Shown: piece by piece, positions 47,675 through 57,920 of the stretch
Layout: every line of letters starts with the position of its first letter
How positions within the stretch are numbered: the first letter of the stretch is position 1
DNA from: an uncultured candidate division Zixibacteria bacterium
GTDB lineage: Bacteria; Zixibacteria; MSB-5A5; GN15; PGXB01
Direction of reading: 5' to 3'
NCBI GenBank assembly: GCA_963702205.1
Contig: OY969724.1
Location: 1,856,001 to 1,920,000, forward strand
Length of the DNA: 64,000 bases
Position numbers and translations under genes: made by a program
Notes under the pieces: generated by a model
What the model was told of the DNA's origin: nothing
What the model saw: only the letters and a program-made list of their open reading frames with translations
Database searches by the model: none

Positions 47675-48694
47675 TTATCCTCTCATTAACAGTGCAATTG
47701 CGGAAACGTCGACGATATCCTCGGCCGAACATCCGCGCGACAAATCGTTGGCCGGTTTGGCCAGACCCTGCACTATCGGGCCGGTCGCGAACGCCTTGGC
47801 CAACCGCTCGGTTAATTTATAGGCGATATTCCCGGCGTCAAGATCGGGGAAAATGAAGACATTGGCCTGACCGGCCACCTCGGAGTCACCGACCTTGCGT
47901 TTGGCGATCGACGGGATGATTGCGGCGTCGACCTGAAGTTCACCGTCGATTTTCAGGTGCGGAAAATCTCTTCTCACGATTTCCAGCGCCTGCGTGACTT
48001 TGGTCACGTCGCTGTGTTTGGCCGAACCTTTGGTCGAAAATGACAGCATCGCGACTCTGGGTTCTTCGCCGGTCAAATTTTTATGTGTCTGGGCCGTTGC
48101 CGCCGCGATCGAGGCGAGCTGCTCGGCGGTCGGGTTCGGCACGACGGCGCCGTCGGCGTACATGACCGTTTTGTAATCGCCGGTTTCGAGATAATCGGGG
48201 ATGGTCATCATGAACGCCCCGGAGACGGTGTTGATGCCCGGAGCCATGCCGATCACCTGTATGGCGGCGCGGAGCACGTCGCCGGTAGTATTGACCGCCC
48301 CGGCGACGGAGGCATCGGCCAGGTCGTTCTGAACCATCATGGCCCCGTAGAATAGCGTCTGCTTCATGGCGGCCACGGCTTCTTCTTCGGTGATATTTTT
48401 CTTCTCGCGCATTTTGACAAACTGCGCGACAAAATTGCCGAAATTGTCGGACGTGGCCGGGTCGATGACGTTGACTCTGCCCAGGTCCAGGCTGTTTTTT
48501 CCGGCCAGTTTGGCGATCTGGTCTTTGTCGCCCAAAATAGTCACTTCGGCCATGTTGATATTCACTATTTCCTTTGCGGCCAGGATGGTTCGCTCTTCGG
48601 TGCCTTCGGGCAAAACCACATGACGATTCTTCGATTTCGCCTTGTCCCGAATTTCTTCGATTATCCGGGGTTTGTTACTTACTGCCGTTGACAC
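47675..48694 (-). CDS. pta: Phosphate acetyltransferase
   Basis: LPEG, SFSTKGSA, DGELQVDAA, FPDLDAGNIAYK, NDLSRG. Confidence 0.96.
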   Translation of the reverse strand: MSTAVSNKPRIIEEIRDKAKSKNRHVVLPEGTEERTILAAKEIVNINMAEVTILGDKDQIAKLAGKNSLDLGRVNVIDPATSDNFGNFVAQFVKMREKKNITEEEAVAAMKQTLFYGAMMVQNDLADASVAGAVNTTGDVLRAAIQVIGMAPGINTVSGAFMMTIPDYLETGDYKTVMYADGAVVPNPTAEQLASIAAATAQTHKNLTGEEPRVAMLSFSTKGSAKHSDVTKVTQALEIVRRDFPHLKIDGELQVDAAIIPSIAKRKVGDSEVAGQANVFIFPDLDAGNIAYKLTERLAKAFATGPIVQGLAKPANDLSRGCSAEDIVDVSAIALLMRG

Positions 48695-48729
48695 GATTCT
48701 ATCTCCTTAATATATGTTCAAAAGGGTTG

Positions 48730-49831
48730 CTAATTATCGCTCAGTTCGGGGTCGCTCAAAAAGGCCTCGATAAATTTATCGATGGCGCCGTCCATGACGG
48801 CCTGCACGTTCGAGGTTTCCGTATCGGTCCGATGATCCTTGACGAGGTTGTACGGATGAAATATATAGCTTCGGATCTGCGAGCCCCATTCAATTTTCTT
48901 TTTGGTCTTTTCCATTTCTTCGCGCTTCAGTCGCTGTTCTTCGAGCTGCAGTTGATACAGCCGCGACCGCAGCATTTTCATGGCCGTCGCCCGGTTCTTT
49001 ATCTGGCTTCGCTCGTTCTGGCACTGCACCACGATTCCGGTGGGATTGTGCGTGATGCGCACCGCCGATGACGTCTTGTTGACGTGCTGTCCACCCGCAC
49101 CGGAAGAACGGTAGGTGTCGATCCGAATATCGTCATCGTCGATTTCGATTTCGATGTTGTCGTCGACTTCGGGGTAGACATAGATTGATACGAACGACGT
49201 GTGCCTGCGGCTGTTGGCGTCGAAAGGCGAGATGCGCACCAGGCGATGCACCCCGGATTCGGCCTTGAGATACCCGTAGGCGTACTCACCGACCACTTCC
49301 ATCGTGACGGCTTTAATTCCGGCTTCTTCGCCCGGTTGATAGTCGAGCAGCTGCGTTTCATAACCGTGAATTTCGCACCAGCGGTTGTACATACGGAAGA
49401 GCATGTTGGCCCAATCCTGCAATTCGGTCCCGCCCGCACCGGGGTGTATGGTCAAAATGGCGTTGCGCTCGTCATCGCGCCCCGAAAGGAGCGTGGTCAA
49501 CTCCAGTTTATCGACGTCGCTCGAAATTGTATTCAATGAGTTTATAATCTCGGATGCGTCATTGGTGTTTTCTTCCACCATCTCCGCCAGTTCATCGAGA
49601 TCGTTCAGTTCTTTTTCCTGCTTTTCTATCGTTTCGATCCAGCGGCGATGACCGGAAATTTCTTTGAGTATCGACTGAGCCTTTTGGTTGTCATCCCAGA
49701 AGTCGGGAGCGGCGGTGTATTTTTCTAACTTGTTAATTTTTTCACGACGTCCGTCCAAGTCAAAGAAACCTCCTGAGTTTGGAAACCCTTGTCTTTAGGA
49801 CGGATATGGTCTCTTTGGCGTCGCTTAACAT
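48730..49831 (-). CDS. prfB: Peptide chain release factor 2 with programmed +1 frameshift
   Basis: SPF and GGQ motifs. A 23-codon first frame from ATG 49831 ends in CTT TGA C. Confidence 0.97.
49759..49774 (-). promoter_or_regulatory. RF2 autoregulatory frameshift cassette
   Basis: Minus strand AGGAGG-TTT-CTT-TGA-C (internal SD, 3-nt spacer, slippery site, stop). Confidence 0.95.
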
Positions 49832-50009
49832 CTTACACTCCTTCAAAAAGATATATATAATATATCATTTTACGCAAATGTCAATCGAATTACGAGAAGC
49901 TATTATTATTTCGGCGCACAAATTAGCGGAATATTCGTTAGGCTCTTTATGGCAATTAGTTTGACAAACTCCCGGCAGTCTCTATCTTGGGCCAAAAGGA
50001 AATAAAAAT

Positions 50010-50654
50010 ATGTCGAACCTGAATATGGAAACTCTGGTGGTCGGGCCGCTTGAGGTCAACTGCTATCTGGTCTGGGACAATGCCGACAAAATCGGAGTCG
50101 TCATCGACCCCGGCGACGAGGACGAGCGCATAATTGAAGTCATTGACAGTCATGGTGTTGACCTTAAGGCGATACTCCTGACTCACGGCCACGGCGACCA
50201 TATCGCAGCGGTCGAACCGATCAAAGAAAAATATGGCGTCCCGATTTATTTGGGTGACGGCGATCAGGAGCTGCTAATAAAGCCGTCGGCCAATATGTCA
50301 GCTTTCTACGGTCAGCCGATAACCTGCCCTCCGGCAGACAATATCCTGCGCGATAATGACGTCTTTGTCATCGGCTCGCTGGAGTTCAACGTTATCGCCA
50401 CACCCGGACATTCGCCGGGCGGCATTTGCTATCTGGTCCGCGATCACCTGTTTTGCGGCGATACGCTGTTTTACGGCTCGATTGGCCGGACCGACCTTCC
50501 GGGCAGCTCGTTTAAGCAGTTGATCGATTCGATAGATAAAAATCTTCTGAGACTCCCCGAAAATATGGTTTGCTATCCCGGACACGGGCCGTTTACCACT
50601 ATCGGTGCCGAAAAGCACAATAATCCGTTCTTGAGCGGGAACCGGTTCGTATAA
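50010..50654 (+). CDS. MBL-fold metallo-hydrolase (glyoxalase II-like)
   Basis: THGHGDH, TPGHSPG, GDTLF, GRTDLPG, PGHG. Confidence 0.92.
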   Translation: MSNLNMETLVVGPLEVNCYLVWDNADKIGVVIDPGDEDERIIEVIDSHGVDLKAILLTHGHGDHIAAVEPIKEKYGVPIYLGDGDQELLIKPSANMSAFYGQPITCPPADNILRDNDVFVIGSLEFNVIATPGHSPGGICYLVRDHLFCGDTLFYGSIGRTDLPGSSFKQLIDSIDKNLLRLPENMVCYPGHGPFTTIGAEKHNNPFLSGNRFV

Positions 50655-50677
50655 GAGAAAATCCCTACGGAGGCTAT

Positions 50678-51508
50678 ATGAGTTACAGCGGCTATGCCAT
50701 ATCCGACTATCACGTCCACCCAAACTTTTCCATCGACGCCGAGGGGACAATCGACGAACACTGCCGGGCGGCCCTCAAAGCCGGTTTGAAAGAAATTTGT
50801 TTTACGACCCATTTCGATAACGACCCGGATTACAACTCCCGTGACCGCTCGATTGTGATTGACGGCCAACCCGAACCGCTCTCGGATAAAGCCATCGAGA
50901 AATATATCGACGCCGTGAAAGCCGCCAACAAAGAATATTTCCCGCTTGGGCTGGCGATAAAAGTCGGAATTGAAGTCGGGTATTTTCCGGGATGCGAAAA
51001 AGGAACGGCACAGCTTTTCGACCGTCACGATTTCGATTATAAACTGGTCGGCATCCACGACGTCGACCACGTCTGTTTCTGCAGCAGGAAAGAAGCTGAA
51101 AGCTGCTTTGCCAGATATGATGTCGATCGGTTCGCCGACCTCTATTTCGAGCAGGCCAAAGCCGCTGCCGAATGCGGGCTGTTCGATGCCATCGCTCATC
51201 TCGACGTTTATCGCCGATATGGCCTGACACATTACGGCGAGCCGTTGTTGAAAATCCACGAAGGACGGATCGAGCCGGTCTTCGAAGTCATGGCCCAAAC
51301 CGGGACCGGCTTTGAAATCAACACCGCCGCGTACCGACACGGCTTGAATGAATTCTATCCCACCATGCCGATAATCAACCTGGCGCGTTTTATGGGTGTC
51401 TCGGTTCGCGCCATCGGCTCCGATGCCCACAAACCGGAGCAGGTCGGCCAGAATCTCGATATGGCCGCCGCCGTGGCGTATGAGATATTTCCCTATACTG
51501 ACGAATGA
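50678..51508 (+). CDS. PHP-domain histidinol-phosphatase family (HisJ-like)
   Basis: DYHVH, GIE, AHLD, EINT, GSDAH. Confidence 0.85.
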   Translation: MSYSGYAISDYHVHPNFSIDAEGTIDEHCRAALKAGLKEICFTTHFDNDPDYNSRDRSIVIDGQPEPLSDKAIEKYIDAVKAANKEYFPLGLAIKVGIEVGYFPGCEKGTAQLFDRHDFDYKLVGIHDVDHVCFCSRKEAESCFARYDVDRFADLYFEQAKAAAECGLFDAIAHLDVYRRYGLTHYGEPLLKIHEGRIEPVFEVMAQTGTGFEINTAAYRHGLNEFYPTMPIINLARFMGVSVRAIGSDAHKPEQVGQNLDMAAAVAYEIFPYTDE

Positions 51509-52125
51509 CCCCGATGACAGAATCCATGAAAAAGTTACCGATGGAATTCTATACCCGGCCGACTCTGGAAGTCGCGCGGGATTTAATCGGGAAAGTTCTT
51601 GTTTATAATTCAGATGGTGCAAGAGTCAGCGCACGTCTGGTTGAAGTAGAAGCTTATATTGGCCGCGATGATCCCGCCTGTCATGCGGCGGTAGGCAGGA
51701 CCGAAAGGAACGCCGTCATGTTCGGACCCGGAGGGTTCGGGTATATCTACTTCATTTATGGCATGTATTATTGCCTGAACGTCGTTACTGAAAACGAGGG
51801 TTTCCCGGCGGCGGTATTGATAAGAGCCGCCGAGCCCCAAGATGGGGAAGACATCCTTCGCATGCGCTACCGGGCCGACCATAAAAATTTGTTAACAAAC
51901 GGACCGGGAAAACTTTGCAAGGCCTTCGGGTTGACCCGCGAACAAAACGGTCTTGATTTGACCGGGCCGACTCTCTATCTTGAGGACTGTGATTATCGTC
52001 CCGGTAAAATTATGCGAACCGAAAGAATCGGCATAAAGGTCGGGCGGGATAAATTGTGGCGCTTTTATGAAGACGGTTCGCGGTTTGTTTCAGCCACCGG
52101 AAAAAAATCAAGCTTGTTGCGATAA
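51505..52125 (+). CDS. mpg: 3-methyladenine DNA glycosylase (MPG/AAG family)
   Basis: VEVEAY, DPACH, YIYFIYGMYYCLNVV, AVLIRA, GPGKL, RIGI. Confidence 0.93.
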   Translation: MTPMTESMKKLPMEFYTRPTLEVARDLIGKVLVYNSDGARVSARLVEVEAYIGRDDPACHAAVGRTERNAVMFGPGGFGYIYFIYGMYYCLNVVTENEGFPAAVLIRAAEPQDGEDILRMRYRADHKNLLTNGPGKLCKAFGLTREQNGLDLTGPTLYLEDCDYRPGKIMRTERIGIKVGRDKLWRFYEDGSRFVSATGKKSSLLR

Positions 52126-52139
52126 ACGGAGTTGCAAGA

Positions 52140-53417
52140 ATGGCACAGAAAAAAAGAATCAAATCGGTCACCATTCCGGTATCCACGTTCCAAAACGTGA
52201 TGAAGCAGTTCGACCAGGCTGCCGGCCGTCTGAATATCGAAAAAGGTCTCCTCGAATTCCTGAAATATCCGACGCGCAGTACGATTGTCAAACTGCCGGT
52301 TCGTATGGACGACGGCCGTTTCGAAATGTTCACCGGCTACCGGGTCCAGCATTCTATTGTCAGAGGACCGGCCAAGGGCGGGATACGCTATCACCCCGAC
52401 GTCTGTCTTGATGAAGTGCAGGCGCTGGCATCGTGGATGACCTGGAAATGCGCCGTGGTCAATGTCCCCTTCGGAGGCGGCAAGGGCGGCATCACCTGTG
52501 ATCCGACGACAATGACCAAAGGCGAGCTGGAACGCCTGACCCGTCGTTACACGGCCAGTATTTTCGATATCGTCGGTCCGGAAAGCGATATTCCTGCGCC
52601 CGATGTCAACACCAACGAAGAAACGATGGCATGGTTTATGGACACGTACTCCATGCACGCCCGCCATACGGTGACCTCGGTCGTGACGGGCAAACCGATT
52701 TCGCTGGGCGGCTCGCTGGGACGGCGGGAAGCGACCGGGGCCGGGGTAGTTATCACTACCCGTGAGGCGATGAAGCACCTCGGGATAGATCCGTCGCAAG
52801 CGACGGCCTCGGTCCAGGGTTTCGGCAACGTCGGATCGATCTCGGCAATGTTCTTGCAGCGTCAGGGCGTGAGCATCACGCACGTGTGCGACGTCTACGG
52901 TGGTTTGTATAAAAAAGACGGTATCGATATAGCCGGGTTGATGAAATATGTAAAGCAGAACGGTCGCATTGTCGGATTTCCGGGAGCCGAGCCGATCGAC
53001 AAAAACGAAATATTGTACGCCGACGTCGATATCCTTGTCCCGGCGGCACTGGAAAATCAGATCACCGAAGAAAACGCCGGAGATATTCAGGCGAAAATTA
53101 TCGCCGAAGGCGCCAATGGGCCGGTCACGCCGGATGCCGATCCGATTCTGCAGAAAAACAACATACTGGTCATACCCGATATTTTGTGCAACGCCGGCGG
53201 CGTGACCGTATCGTATTTCGAATGGGTACAGGACCGACTTGGGTTCTTCTGGACCGAAGAAGAAGTCAACACGCGGCTGGAACGGTTTATGGTCAGCGCC
53301 TTTAACGATGTACTGAAAGTGGCCGTGGACAACGACGTGCATATGCGCATGGCGGCGTTTATGGTCGGCATCCAGAGAGTCGCCGACGTGGTTATGCTGC
53401 GCGGCATGTACGCATAG
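52140..53417 (+). CDS. gdhA: Glu/Leu/Phe/Val dehydrogenase (glutamate dehydrogenase)
   Basis: KGGIRYH, GGGKGG, PAPD, GFGNVG, EGANGP, NAGGVTVSYFEW. Confidence 0.93.
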   Translation: MAQKKRIKSVTIPVSTFQNVMKQFDQAAGRLNIEKGLLEFLKYPTRSTIVKLPVRMDDGRFEMFTGYRVQHSIVRGPAKGGIRYHPDVCLDEVQALASWMTWKCAVVNVPFGGGKGGITCDPTTMTKGELERLTRRYTASIFDIVGPESDIPAPDVNTNEETMAWFMDTYSMHARHTVTSVVTGKPISLGGSLGRREATGAGVVITTREAMKHLGIDPSQATASVQGFGNVGSISAMFLQRQGVSITHVCDVYGGLYKKDGIDIAGLMKYVKQNGRIVGFPGAEPIDKNEILYADVDILVPAALENQITEENAGDIQAKIIAEGANGPVTPDADPILQKNNILVIPDILCNAGGVTVSYFEWVQDRLGFFWTEEEVNTRLERFMVSAFNDVLKVAVDNDVHMRMAAFMVGIQRVADVVMLRGMYA

Positions 53418-53430
53418 GAAGATTTTCTTT

Positions 53431-54048
53431 ATGGATATGGTGAAACAAGCGCTGTTGTCTTTGCCGGTACTGCTCTTGAGTCTGACGATTCATGAGTTCT
53501 CGCACGGGTATGTCGCCTACTGCTTCGGCAATTCGACGGCCAAGGACGCCGGTCGACTGACCCTTAATCCGCTGAAGCATCTGGACCTGTTCGGAGTGCT
53601 CGTATTTTTCCTGTCGCAGTTTCGGTTCGGCTGGGCCAAACCGGTCCCGGTGAATCCCCTTAATTTAAGAAATCCACGCGTCGCGGATTTTTGGGTGTCC
53701 GCCGCCGGACCGCTGTCCAATATCGGGCAGGCTTTTATTTTCGGATTGCTTTTCCGCATGGTCAGCGGCGGCATGCAGAATGTACCACCGGCGGTTCTTT
53801 ACTTTTGTTTTTATGGTGTAACTATCAACCTGACCCTGGCGTTTTTCAACCTGATTCCGCTGTATCCTCTGGACGGCTCGCACATGCTTAAAAATATTCT
53901 GCCTCCGGAAATGGCGATGAAAATGTCCGAAGTTGACCGCTTTGCACCGTTTCTGCTGATGATTCTCATCTTCATGGGAGGCATCTGGTTCGTGATAGGG
54001 CCATTTGTCCAGCCGATTGTTCACCTGTTTACGGGGGTGCACATATAA
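53431..54048 (+). CDS. Site-2 protease (M50 family)
   Basis: HEFSH, AGPLSN, NLIPLYPLDG. Confidence 0.93.
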   Translation: MDMVKQALLSLPVLLLSLTIHEFSHGYVAYCFGNSTAKDAGRLTLNPLKHLDLFGVLVFFLSQFRFGWAKPVPVNPLNLRNPRVADFWVSAAGPLSNIGQAFIFGLLFRMVSGGMQNVPPAVLYFCFYGVTINLTLAFFNLIPLYPLDGSHMLKNILPPEMAMKMSEVDRFAPFLLMILIFMGGIWFVIGPFVQPIVHLFTGVHI

Positions 54049-54052
54049 GTAA

Positions 54053-54751
54053 ATGAAGAAGCTCGGCGCCCCCATAATTGTTCTGATGATACTGGCCGTA
54101 AGTCATATCGTGACAGGATGTTCTCCGGCGCATCGTAAAATAAAAGTTTCGGCCCCGGAGCAGTCTGCATTCGTACTCAACCCCGGCGCGGGCGACGCCT
54201 ATCTGTTCGATGTCAAAATAAACGACCACGGACGGAAACGTTCGACCCGACTCGATATTTACGTGAAACCAGATACGCTGGCCATGTTCGCGCGGGTGTA
54301 TCTCGGTAAGGGGGCGCTCAAGGCGCTGATAACCAAAGGCCGGTCTCTCGTCTATTTCCCGACCGAAAATGAATATTTCAGCGGGCAGTTAGGCGATCTT
54401 GTCGACAATAAATGCATCCGCAATATGGAATTCGAACGAATCTTGATAAACCTGTTTTTCAACCGTCCGGTTCAGTTCGATTTTGATTCGACCAATTTTT
54501 ATGTGGTTGTCGAACATGAGTCGCGGGAATCGTGTCGTTACAAGCTGGTCTCGAGGATGTGTGAAAAATCGCTGGAAGTAGAATATGAACTGCGCGATAA
54601 TCGCTATATCCCGGTTTTTCTTGGCTTTGACGCCGATGGCGGCTCGATAAAAATCGACGCCAAAAGGCGCAAACAGAGCCTTAATATAGATATTCCACAA
54701 GAAAAATTTTCCCTGTCTATTCCGGGCGATGCCGCCGCCATCGAACCTTAG
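54053..54751 (+). CDS. Putative lipoprotein (beta-rich, LolA/LolB-like fold possible)
   Basis: Lipobox VTGC after the hydrophobic stretch. C-terminal FSLSIP motif. Confidence 0.6.
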   Translation: MKKLGAPIIVLMILAVSHIVTGCSPAHRKIKVSAPEQSAFVLNPGAGDAYLFDVKINDHGRKRSTRLDIYVKPDTLAMFARVYLGKGALKALITKGRSLVYFPTENEYFSGQLGDLVDNKCIRNMEFERILINLFFNRPVQFDFDSTNFYVVVEHESRESCRYKLVSRMCEKSLEVEYELRDNRYIPVFLGFDADGGSIKIDAKRRKQSLNIDIPQEKFSLSIPGDAAAIEP

Positions 54752-54829
54752 GCTTTATTGCCGGTTGACATCGGACTCTCATTAGGTTTATTTTATGGGT
54801 TTATATTAATTTGAAGAGTTTGGAATTAT

Positions 54830-56734
54830 ATGCATTTACTTTGGCGCACATTAGCCTCTCTTAAGCCGTACTGGAAACGGCTGGTCGTGGCATCATCATC
54901 GGCCGCCATGCACGCCATTCTGGGCGGGCTGTTCGTGTGGATGGCCGGTCCGCTTTTAATGACGCTGTTTGCCGTCAGCGATATCGGTATCCCCGGCATG
55001 ACCGGCGGGACTTCGGCGGAAAACGCCACAACTCAATCTCAGTCGGAGCATCCGGTTGATAAAAATCCGGCCGATTTTGATTTTCTGGTCGAGACCAAGA
55101 ATAATCTCAAAGAGGCGGTGCACAAGTTTGTGACCGGCCCGACCCGCCGCGACACGCTTTTCAATCTGTGTATGCTAATATTTATGATCGGAGTGATTTC
55201 AAACATATTCGGTTACGTTCAGGGCTTTTTCATGGCCTACGTGCAGGAGTCGGTCATACGGGATTTTCGAAACAGGCTATTTGACAAGTACCAGGAGCTG
55301 TCCTTGAGTTTTTTCCATCACCGGCGCACCGGTCATTTGATTTCGCGGGTCACCAACGACGTCGTCGTCCTCAATTCAGCGGTCGATCTGGGCTTTAACA
55401 GCCTCGTGGCCGATTCATTGACCGTAATCCTTCTGGCCGGATTTTTGGTGCTGTTGTCGTGGAAGCTGACGCTTCTGGCTGCGGTCGTGCTGCCGCTGGT
55501 GTTCAGTTTCATCTGGTTTATGGGTAAAAAGCTCAGAAAATATTCGGCCCGGACGCAGGAGAAAATGGCCGACGTCAACGCCGTGCTGGAAGAAACCGTA
55601 ACCAATATCCGGATTGTCAAAGGTTACGCGATGGAGAATTTCGAGAAAGCCAAGTTTTTCAAATCGACCGGCGAGTATTTCAAATCACTGGTGCGCATGG
55701 CCCGCGTCCGCAACCTGGCCAGCCCGGTTAACGATACCTTGATTATCGCGACCGGGATGCTGATTCTCCTGTATGCCGGGACCAGGATTCTCGAGGGCGG
55801 CGGCGAAATGGACGCCGGGGACTTCATGACCTTCATCATCGCCACGTTTGCTTTGATAAAGCCGACCAAGTCGCTTTTGTCGATTCATATCAGAATACAG
55901 GAAGGCATGGCTGCATCGGAGAGGATTTTCAATATTCTCGACGCTCCGGTTACGGTGATCGAACCGCCGAATGCCCGAATAAAAAAAGACTTCAACAAGT
56001 CAATCGTCTACGACAACGTGAGTTTTGCATACACACCGGGCGAACCGGTCCTAAAAAACGTCTCGTTCGAGGTCAAGCGGGGAGAGGTCGTTGCACTGGT
56101 TGGGCCGTCGGGTGCGGGCAAATCGACTTTATTTGATCTGTTGCCTCGATTTTATGACCCCGTCGCGGGCCGGATAATGATCGATGGAGAAGATTTGACG
56201 GAACTGAATCTCGCTTCACTGCGCGGCATGCTGGGTATCGTGACACAGGAGACGTACCTTTTCAATGATACGATTCGTAATAATATCGCCTACGGCATGA
56301 ACGGTCTGCCTCAAACCGAATTGGAGAAAGCCTCGACGGCGGCGCGGGCGCACGATTTTATTTCCGAGTTCGAGGACGGCTATGAAACGCTGGTGGGCAA
56401 TCGCGGGGTCAGGCTGTCGGGCGGGCAGAGGCAGAGAATTGCCATCGCGCGGGCGCTTTTGAAAAATCCGCAGATTTTGATTTTCGACGAAGCCACTTCG
56501 GCGCTCGATACCGAATCCGAGCGGTTAGTGCAGGAAGCCATCGATGGGCTAATGGCCAACCGGACGGTGCTGGTCATCGCGCACCGCCTGTCGACCATAA
56601 AGAATGCCGATCATATTCTGGTCATGGATCGAGGCCAAATTCTGGAGACCGGAACGCATCAGGAACTGATGACAAGCGAGGGGCTGTACCACAGGCTTTA
56701 CATGATGCAGTTCAAGGATCAGGAGAAGCTTTGA
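54830..56734 (+). CDS. MsbA-like ABC exporter (TMD+NBD)
   Basis: GPSGAGKST, LSGGQRQR, IFDEATS, AHRLST. Lies upstream of LPS glycosyltransferases. Confidence 0.9.
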   Translation: MHLLWRTLASLKPYWKRLVVASSSAAMHAILGGLFVWMAGPLLMTLFAVSDIGIPGMTGGTSAENATTQSQSEHPVDKNPADFDFLVETKNNLKEAVHKFVTGPTRRDTLFNLCMLIFMIGVISNIFGYVQGFFMAYVQESVIRDFRNRLFDKYQELSLSFFHHRRTGHLISRVTNDVVVLNSAVDLGFNSLVADSLTVILLAGFLVLLSWKLTLLAAVVLPLVFSFIWFMGKKLRKYSARTQEKMADVNAVLEETVTNIRIVKGYAMENFEKAKFFKSTGEYFKSLVRMARVRNLASPVNDTLIIATGMLILLYAGTRILEGGGEMDAGDFMTFIIATFALIKPTKSLLSIHIRIQEGMAASERIFNILDAPVTVIEPPNARIKKDFNKSIVYDNVSFAYTPGEPVLKNVSFEVKRGEVVALVGPSGAGKSTLFDLLPRFYDPVAGRIMIDGEDLTELNLASLRGMLGIVTQETYLFNDTIRNNIAYGMNGLPQTELEKASTAARAHDFISEFEDGYETLVGNRGVRLSGGQRQRIAIARALLKNPQILIFDEATSALDTESERLVQEAIDGLMANRTVLVIAHRLSTIKNADHILVMDRGQILETGTHQELMTSEGLYHRLYMMQFKDQEKL

Positions 56735-57891
56735 GCAAACTACTTAAAAGACTCAAGCCGCTGGAAATAGGCGGTAAGAAGTTTCTGCTGAAAGTCTTTT
56801 CGGTGATTCTTAATTGCCGAATTCGCGGACAATACGACCCTGCCGTGCGGCAATGGAACAAGGTCCTCCTGATCAGACATGAAAAAATCGGCGACGTTAT
56901 CATAGCTCTGACACTGGTCGATGAAATCAAGAAGCACTTTCCGGACTGCAAAGTGTCTTTTGTGGCCTCGCTGCAAAACGTCGGCGTTGTCCGTCAGGAC
57001 CCGCGTTTCGATAAGATATTCGTTTTCAAGAAATCGTTAAGGGAAGACCTGAGGACGGTGCTGGCGGCTCGTCGCGAAAAGTTCGATTGTGTCATAGACC
57101 TGATCACGCACGATTCCGTGACATCAATGCTCCTGACCCGCTTTTGCGGTCCAGGGGCGGTGAAAGTCGGCATCGGCAAAAGCGATCATCAGGATTACTA
57201 CAGCCTGCACCTGCCCCATCCTCTGCGAAACACCGGCCGCCATATATTGGATTTCCATCTTGACCTGGTCAAGGTTCTTGGTGCGGAGCCGTCACACCCG
57301 GGAAAGTATGTCCCTCTGCATATAAATGATGCCGCCAATAATGAGGCTGCGGAGTTTTATGATTCGCTGAATTTAACTGACGGACTGAAAATTGGTTTGA
57401 ACATATCCTCCGGCGAACAGACCCGCAACTGGGGCGCCAATAATTTCGCCGTCCTCGCCGAAAGACTGCTTGAACGAACAGGAAATTCAGAGCTGATTAT
57501 AATTACGGCACCACACGAGTACGATCTGGGTCTCAAGATAAAAAACGCTCATAGTCGCCGGGTCCATATAATTCCACGCGGTTTGGATTTGATTGCCGTC
57601 GCTGCCATTGTCAGGGGTCTGGATATACTCGTATCCCCGGATACATCATTGGTGCACGTCGCCGGGGCCTTTAACGTGCCGGTAGTGGCTTTGTACCGAC
57701 GATTCATGGATGAGTACAAGTTTTGGCGGCCTCCGCATCAAAAGACGGGAACGGTACTGTCGGAAAATGAAATGGACGTGTTTGACATCACCGTCGAGCG
57801 GGTATTGGATGAGATCCTTCGGGTAATGGATGAATTCAATCTGGTGGGGCAGGCGCCGAGCCCGGTGACAGACAGAGCGTTGGAAGAATGA
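56731..57891 (+). CDS. Glycosyltransferase family 9 (heptosyltransferase-like)
   Basis: IRHEKIGD, RNW, SPDTSLVHVA. Confidence 0.88.
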   Translation: MSKLLKRLKPLEIGGKKFLLKVFSVILNCRIRGQYDPAVRQWNKVLLIRHEKIGDVIIALTLVDEIKKHFPDCKVSFVASLQNVGVVRQDPRFDKIFVFKKSLREDLRTVLAARREKFDCVIDLITHDSVTSMLLTRFCGPGAVKVGIGKSDHQDYYSLHLPHPLRNTGRHILDFHLDLVKVLGAEPSHPGKYVPLHINDAANNEAAEFYDSLNLTDGLKIGLNISSGEQTRNWGANNFAVLAERLLERTGNSELIIITAPHEYDLGLKIKNAHSRRVHIIPRGLDLIAVAAIVRGLDILVSPDTSLVHVAGAFNVPVVALYRRFMDEYKFWRPPHQKTGTVLSENEMDVFDITVERVLDEILRVMDEFNLVGQAPSPVTDRALEE

Positions 57892-57920
57892 ATCTTATAA
57901 AGGCGAAAGTTTGCGTTTGA

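Noticed and set aside
50573..51622. 349-aa ORF antisense to the PHP gene
   Set aside because: Overlaps three well-supported plus-strand genes; no motifs.
52065..53342. 425-aa ORF antisense to gdh
   Set aside because: Codon-register shadow of a GC3-biased gene; no RBS or recognisable domain.
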